64,000 nucleotides of DNA from Neophaeotheca triangularis (Eukaryota). The position numbers and the translations under genes are program-made. The DNA is taken from positions 62,001 to 126,000 of the forward strand of contig BAAIJX010000041.1 in assembly GCA_054600435.1 (NCBI GenBank). The letters are read 5' to 3'. How positions within the stretch are numbered: position 1 is the first letter of the stretch; each line of letters starts with the position of its first letter. This document shows positions 57,701-64,000 of the stretch, piece by piece. Below the pieces are notes generated by a model. It was not told where the DNA came from. It made no database searches and saw only the letters and a list, made by a program, of their open reading frames with translations.

Positions 57701-58766
57701 GCCCGCCAGAGCGCGTGCCGACAGCGAGGCGAGTCGTTTCGAGCAGTCTAGACATCCTGCCATGAGGTCGCCGTCGGCTCAAGGCCCAAGGAGCAGGGCA
57801 AACTCCATCGCCACGACTGGGCAACCCTCAAGCAAAACGGGCCCATACCAGGACGCCATGTCTCCAAACGAAAGTCTCGTCGACGGCTATGGCCAACACA
57901 GCTCGCGCGACCTCACACCCGGCGCATCACCAGAACCGCTGCAATCTCAGTTTGAGCACCCCGCAACCCGCAGCCGCAGCAACAGCCGCACAACCGGCTA
58001 CTTCGAAGCAAATCCCAGCCACAACTACCCAAGCCCGCGGCCCACGGGCCCCTCGCCCCCAACAACAACCAACTCAACCCCACCGCGTCCCCCAATCCCC
58101 CAAAGCCAAGGAGCAACCCCACCCCTCTCCACGACTACCACGCCAACCCCACCCCTAACCCATCAAAACCCCCCGCAACCCACACCCGGCCAAATCTCCA
58201 CTGCCGGCTCCCGCCCTTCTGGTCCTCTCGCTCGCAAGAAAACAGTCTCCAAGACCGACATCTCCGTCCCGACTCTCGTTCACGCTACTAGCAACATCGA
58301 CACCGTCGATTTGCCTGAAGGCGCCAGTCTGCGCAACGGCATGGATGAAATCGAAGCGGAAACATCATCGCCGCCGCCGCCGGTCCCGGCGCTGCATCCC
58401 AATCGCAAACGCGGCGCTACTAATCGCTTCCTCGGTGCTTTCCGGCGCGGGGAGAGTGAGGAGGGCGAGCAGCAGCAGCAACAACAACGGCATGGTGGTG
58501 GTGCAGCAGGAAAACCTTGGCATCAGGTTTCCAATGGGGCTTTTAGGGGCAATGGTGTGGTTTCGCCGACTTTTGGCGATCGGAAACCTGCGGCTGCTGG
58601 TCATGGGGGTTTTGTTGTCGCGCAGCAGCAGCCTGTGTTGGGCGGCGGGCATGGGTACGCTGCTTATGTCAGCGCTGGTGGGGGGTCGCCCGAGAGGGTT
58701 GAGAGGGCGGCGGTTCAGCAGCGGCAGGTGGTTGGTGGGGTTGGGGTTGAGGGAGGGATGTTTTAG
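54771..58766 (+). CDS. Large, mostly disordered hypothetical fungal protein, 1331 aa
   Basis: Long ORF with islands I associate with conserved fungal hypotheticals: DDFRTSLLMPNLSARFSMLREQDDP, RPGEGNNLFGGRQKVY, DRGKATAMGAFNKP, ISVPTLVHATS..TVDLPEGASL. Confidence 0.85.
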   Translation: MDPPPDRPRLLRKQRSSTNLLKVTMNRFLNKKKAAEPASVNSDALNALSAPAPTSPTLKKSKTSRWKKGKQPPPEEPKPEINYTAALPDTDDFRTSLLMPNLSARFSMLREQDDPSSKLGKASDDSVLQPRRRSRMMDYGFGSSNGLGDIAEVASMKSSIRPPFVESNRADSYGSADGYGTDDESHGAGMMARSRPGEGNNLFGGRQKVYKIPNSGANSTRSLGKAVYEDDVGLSAFQRHKIRERERLERERLGLEDTRGSEDSQTFDFGDLGQTTSGDQEERSTPTLDDSHKALTHSPSLSSREPKRSTSSTGHSDARSSTAATSVASQSATLPTAALITTQNATPTAAPATLERSGTKSRKLYEPALDQHNLDQQASTLTHFNSISRMRTQNGTKSPPFLQTAKSAGSLQERNPQNVHAILRSQSPPPIATLHAFQRNASHGNSPITSHPSSPMSPSLAHFEEDNALNKALEPSDRGKATAMGAFNKPKQAFDENQYLERQRQLQRSVSSAGAKQTASTTPSAAQQRMGRFEQERERSDSAASNRERSRSASKTLEPGKAFNVFQNAASQIRTTTATPQYDKAALPDTHRTFFGNISASDSEDDDEDAARVDPNYSSPDYGYPSASYGRWQPSVLPSVSEHPALRSHQSKASLAEEDELEYEAQNYDPQPPVPSVAQPVQQEVVAPYANTPDHDSPTLPTGVAPLNGLVQHLRQESNQSSLYAATEANTDGDSPYQQRRYGDPRNDYDTALQSRVESGSAKSNPWDLEDMDGGYYVNNDEYQNSDSPVNDARPRAPSATSLAGSRANVHSGRVSEASQGSAGQDWQRELRRGRHNRDASTATQQERDAFASELAQRQKAIQENLKSMAEGGGGSSSRGTSPAPSTSGAFKAFGMLRAKSSRDSFVDKRNNIEPAASSKAMKMLGLGAPASTPALNSQYERSGYSFESGRPRGNSASRSSPMLAQQRAFGHESPHQPARARADSEASRFEQSRHPAMRSPSAQGPRSRANSIATTGQPSSKTGPYQDAMSPNESLVDGYGQHSSRDLTPGASPEPLQSQFEHPATRSRSNSRTTGYFEANPSHNYPSPRPTGPSPPTTTNSTPPRPPIPQSQGATPPLSTTTTPTPPLTHQNPPQPTPGQISTAGSRPSGPLARKKTVSKTDISVPTLVHATSNIDTVDLPEGASLRNGMDEIEAETSSPPPPVPALHPNRKRGATNRFLGAFRRGESEEGEQQQQQQRHGGGAAGKPWHQVSNGAFRGNGVVSPTFGDRKPAAAGHGGFVVAQQQPVLGGGHGYAAYVSAGGGSPERVERAAVQQRQVVGGVGVEGGMF

Positions 58767-59044
58767 AGGGGTTTTTTGTTTTCTAGAGGGGAGGGGGATG
58801 GATGGAAGGATGGGCTACGACTTTCGTGGCTGCCATGGATGCTCGATGGAGTGCGGAAGGAAAGTTCGGATCGTTGGTTGCCATGGTGGCGGCTGTTCGC
58901 TCGATGTCGCTTTTTCCGCGCTATTGAGCTCCGAGGCGTTTGATGATTCTTTCTGACCACGGACAGTCGCGGCTTGCTGTTCCCCCCCTCGCCCAGGGGC
59001 GTGAGGCTTTTTTCTTTCTTTCTGATCACAACGATGACGACAGC

Positions 59045-59080
59045 AACAAGAACAAGAACAAGAACAAGAACAAGAACAAG
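59045..59080. repeat. (AACAAG)6 microsatellite
   Basis: Read directly from the sequence. Confidence 0.9.
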
Positions 59081-60079
59081 AACAGCACGAGGGCGGTTTG
59101 TGGCAATTACTACTACAGCATCATATACAACCCCTCCCGCCCCCCCCAACACACAGTTGAGCGAAATGTAAACTAGGCGTGTACGAAACATCGGTGGCGA
59201 CGGAGGCGAGGCGGGAAGGCAGTCGGTATATCGAATGGGTAGCGTTGATGCAAAGAGGCGGTAAGGCGCTGGCTGGCTAGCTAGCTACATGGGCTACCTG
59301 TTAAATTATTTTTTTGAGACGGGTGTAGGGCGGTGGAGGGGTTTCTTTTCGCTTTTCGTCCGTCTTGGCTCGGCTTGCATATGATACCAATTGCTTGTTT
59401 TTTTTTTAATCTTGTTGAAGGGGGTGGGTGGGGGGTAAGAGGGGAGGGAATGGAAGGCAAGGCGAGGGGAGTCGTGGGGCTGTAGTTGTAGAGTCGAGAT
59501 GGGGTGTAATTGAGTTGAAGGTGATGGAGTCTTTACGTGTGCTGCTGTTGTTGGTTTTGATGTGGTTGATTTGGGGGGGTTTTTTTTTTTTTTTGGTTGT
59601 TATGCCTTGACTCGGGCGTTTTAGTCGTTATATGTGTGGAAGGCGCTTGTTATTAGAAGGTAGGTAGGTATTAGTAGTGATGCCGTATTGATACTGAGGA
59701 GTGAAGTTGAGTAAGCAGGGGCGGCACGTGCCATTGAGGTTGGAAGCTAAGGTTGGAAGCCGTTAGCGTTTGTTGTGATCAAAAAGCAACGTGCACGCGT
59801 TCACGTGATGTAATCAGTAAATCGCCTATGTATGCACAACAGATCGCTTATGTATACACAGCAGCAGTTAGGAGCTCTTCCCAGGGTTTAACGTATGCAC
59901 TAGCAAAGTCAAAATTGGGAGCTTGAAGAAACGAGCAGGAAAGTTTCCTGTGCAAGCATATCCATAAGTTACAGCAACCTTGCTGAAACTTCCTCTTCTC
60001 TTCTGCACAAACACACCTCACATACAAACAAAAAACACCTCTCACTCCTATCCGAACACAGTCCCTCGTTTACTCAACC

Positions 60080-61382
<1,303 letters not shown>

Positions 61383-62303
61383 AAGGAAACATGACGAGGG
61401 GAGAAAGCTGGCTGCAAAGAACAACTCGGGGCGTTTCTCCTTTGCAGCGGAAATGTGTTTCTTTGCTGCCATGATGATGTGTTTTTCATGATGAACCAAA
61501 GCGTAGCATTCTTGCGGGGTTCTGGCTGGGTGGATGGGGAGTTTCTGCCTCTTCTATTATTCAAATGGGTCGCAGCTTTGGCTTCGCTGACCGAGCGTGG
61601 GATTCTTGTTCCTCCTGTTTTTCTTACGCTTCTTGCTTGTGTACAGTTCTCCTGTCGAGTTGGGTCGAGTCGATTCGATTCGATTCGACTTTTGGTAGAT
61701 GGGGTATATTCTTACCACTGCAACTTTCGATGAAAGGGACATGATTAGGGTAGTCTCGACTCATCCCTTGGATTATTTCTAGATCCGAGCCATAAAGTTA
61801 AGGTAACTTACTGTACCTACCTCCTATGTATCTCTCAATCTCCCTCACCGCCGACCAAGTCGGTAAAAGTTCGCAAGTCGAGTAATGCACCGGCAGTAAA
61901 AAAAGGTCCCCGCCCCGCCAGCCCACTCTCACTCACCACTAGGTACTCCCACCTTGAGGCCTGAAGCGTCCGCGGGCGGCTCACGTCACTCCACCTTCAC
62001 ACCGAACGAACAAGTTCCGACTTTCGACACTCTCCGGACTACTGCTGAAACACCACCCCCACCATCATCACCACTACTACTCCGACAACACCTTTGCCAA
62101 CACTCCAACAACAACATCCAACACCCACTCCCACCACTCTCTCCCAACTACCCACACCCCTCTCGACCGTCCAACCAACCTCGACACCCAACTAGACCAA
62201 AGGTCCTCGACACAGAATCGAAACTCGCGCAGAGTCGATCGTGACTTGGGGTTCTTTTTCACGTTTTTCAAGAGCTTTGGACCGACGGTGCTAGAGTGAA
62301 AAG

Positions 62304-63557
62304 ATGTCTTGGCAAGGTAAGCTAACCCTACTTATGTATCTGTATGGCTGGCTCGCTGGCGGTACGGTGCTGGAGATGGGTGGGGAAGGGTGGATGAGAG
62401 GGAGGGGGAGGGGAGGTGAGAGGTGGGAAGGTGGGTCGTTTGGGTGTTGAGGGGGAAGGGGAGTTTTAGGGATGGGGAGAGGGTTGTTGAGGGTGATGAT
62501 GGGTTGGGCTTGATTTGAGATTGTCGAGTGCGATTTGCTGACTTGGTTTGTGCTGCGCACCAGCGTATGTCGATACTAGGTACGGTTTCTCCCCTTTCGA
62601 TTCCATTTTCCCGTGGGAAAGACGGACATGGAGAGAGATGGTGTGAGGAGGATGGGAGGAGTTGGGGAGATGGCGGGCTCTGGGATCTGCGGGTCTTTTG
62701 ATTACACACTGCAGGGGTTTCGGGTGCGAGGGAAACGTTCTTTTGCTGATTTTTGGTTTGTTTGATAGCCTCGTTGGCACCGGCAACGTCGATAAGGCTG
62801 CCATCTTCAACAATGAGGGCAACAGCGTTTGGGCTACTAGCGCTGGGTTTACGGTGAGTTTGCTCTTCATTTCCTCCGCGTGCTCGTCGTTGTGGTTGGG
62901 GTTTGGAGGGGATTGGGCTACGGCATGGTCAGGGGAGAAGGTCGACTTGATGGTGGTCCCGGGGGTCATTTGGGTGTGGACGCCGGCGGAAAAGAGAGAG
63001 AAAGCAGTCCAGGCTGGCTTAATTGCAATCCTTCACACAGGAGACACCCACGCCACCTCCCGCGTCCTTCAAATCTCAAGCCACACATCACACGCACTCA
63101 TCACCTCCAACCTTCAAGCTAAACAACCCTCCTAGGTCTCTCCCCAAGAAATGCAAGAAGTCGTGACCGCGTACAAAGACAAGGGCGACGCACAAGGCGT
63201 CAAGCAGGTCCAGTCCACGGGCCTCCACGTCGGCGGCGAGAGGTTCGTCGTCCTGAAAGCGGATGATCGGAGCATATACGGGAAGAAGGTAAAGCAACCA
63301 CCCACCCCCTACAACAAATCCCTGCCAGCAAAACCACACAAGAACTATTCCCCCTCGCAAACTTACGACACATGCACGGCATGTTTGCAAACACACCGCT
63401 GACTTTATCGGGCGGTTTTTAGGGCCGCGAGGGCGTCGTCATCGTCAAGACCCAGCAGGCCATTCTCGTCACCCACTACCCCGAGACGGTCCAGCCCGGT
63501 AGCGCGGCCAACACGGTCGAGCAGCTGGCTGACTATTTGATCGGGGTTGGGTACTAG
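62304..63557 (+). CDS. PFY1: Profilin (5 exons)
   Basis: Exons 62304-316, 62564-579, 62769-853, 63136-288, 63423-557 give [69 protein letters not shown]. Confidence 0.96.
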
Positions 63558-64000
63558 AATAGTCTGGATTGCCGAACCAAGGAGGGCGTGGGTTGCGGGA
63601 GACTGGAGTGAGACTCAGTGAGGAGGCGAGTATGCAGTCAGCGGATGCATTGTTCGTGCGCGCGTGGACCTGGGACCATGGCGAACTTGTGGCTGGCTGG
63701 CTGGCTGGCAACGGAGGGCATCGGCAACTAGCTATGCATTCGGGGCTGCTGAGAGGGAAGGAAAAATCTACCAGAGCATGGGTTAGAGAAAGAGGTGTAG
63801 AGAAGCGTCGCGTATAGAAATATGGATCTTGACGCCTAAAATTGAGAAACAAGATATGCCTTTCCGAGTAAACCGTACTGTACGCGGCGAGACAAAGTAG
63901 GGCCGTGTCCAATGCCGCCCATTCATACTCGTTCGCTAGCTCTTTGCTCATCGACTTTACTTTAAAAGGTATCAAAAGGTTTTGAAAAAAGTCAGTCATC

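Overview
Gene-dense 64 kb window from a filamentous ascomycete (intron signals GT..CTRAC..YAG, RIP-type mutations; probably a Dothideomycete, which is inference). It holds about 21 protein-coding genes. Most are housekeeping: an EMC10-like 3' end, CCS1, mitochondrial uL13, uricase, Rictor/Avo3, SLH1, DAD4, ARP5, AFG2, a DUF1349 protein, a tandem-GFA protein, TRF4, ATL1, glucosidase II beta, HMT1 and profilin. Six are hypothetical. There is also an intron-containing tRNA-Thr(AGT). Features invisible in the ORF track are a RIP-destroyed two-ORF PIF/Harbinger-like transposon (~49.9-52.7 kb) carrying a nested 174-bp solo LTR with a perfect 5-bp TSD, a RIP-destroyed alpha/beta-hydrolase-like pseudogene (9.5-10.4 kb), a GC-AG intron and a perfect UaY-type site upstream of uricase. 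I cannot demonstrate a new biological system. The best unexplained signals are (i) a recurring strand-symmetric C/A-rich to G/T-rich switch near almost every gene 3' end, (ii) a small accessory island at 9.5-14.6 kb of orphan genes with SAM-like+2TM and hydrophobic-helix+Zn-finger architectures, (iii) four intergenic TACCTAGGTA palindromes, (iv) an orphan intron downstream of TRF4, and (v) telomeric repeats in the tRNA 3' trailer. All family calls come from motif recognition by eye, not database searches.
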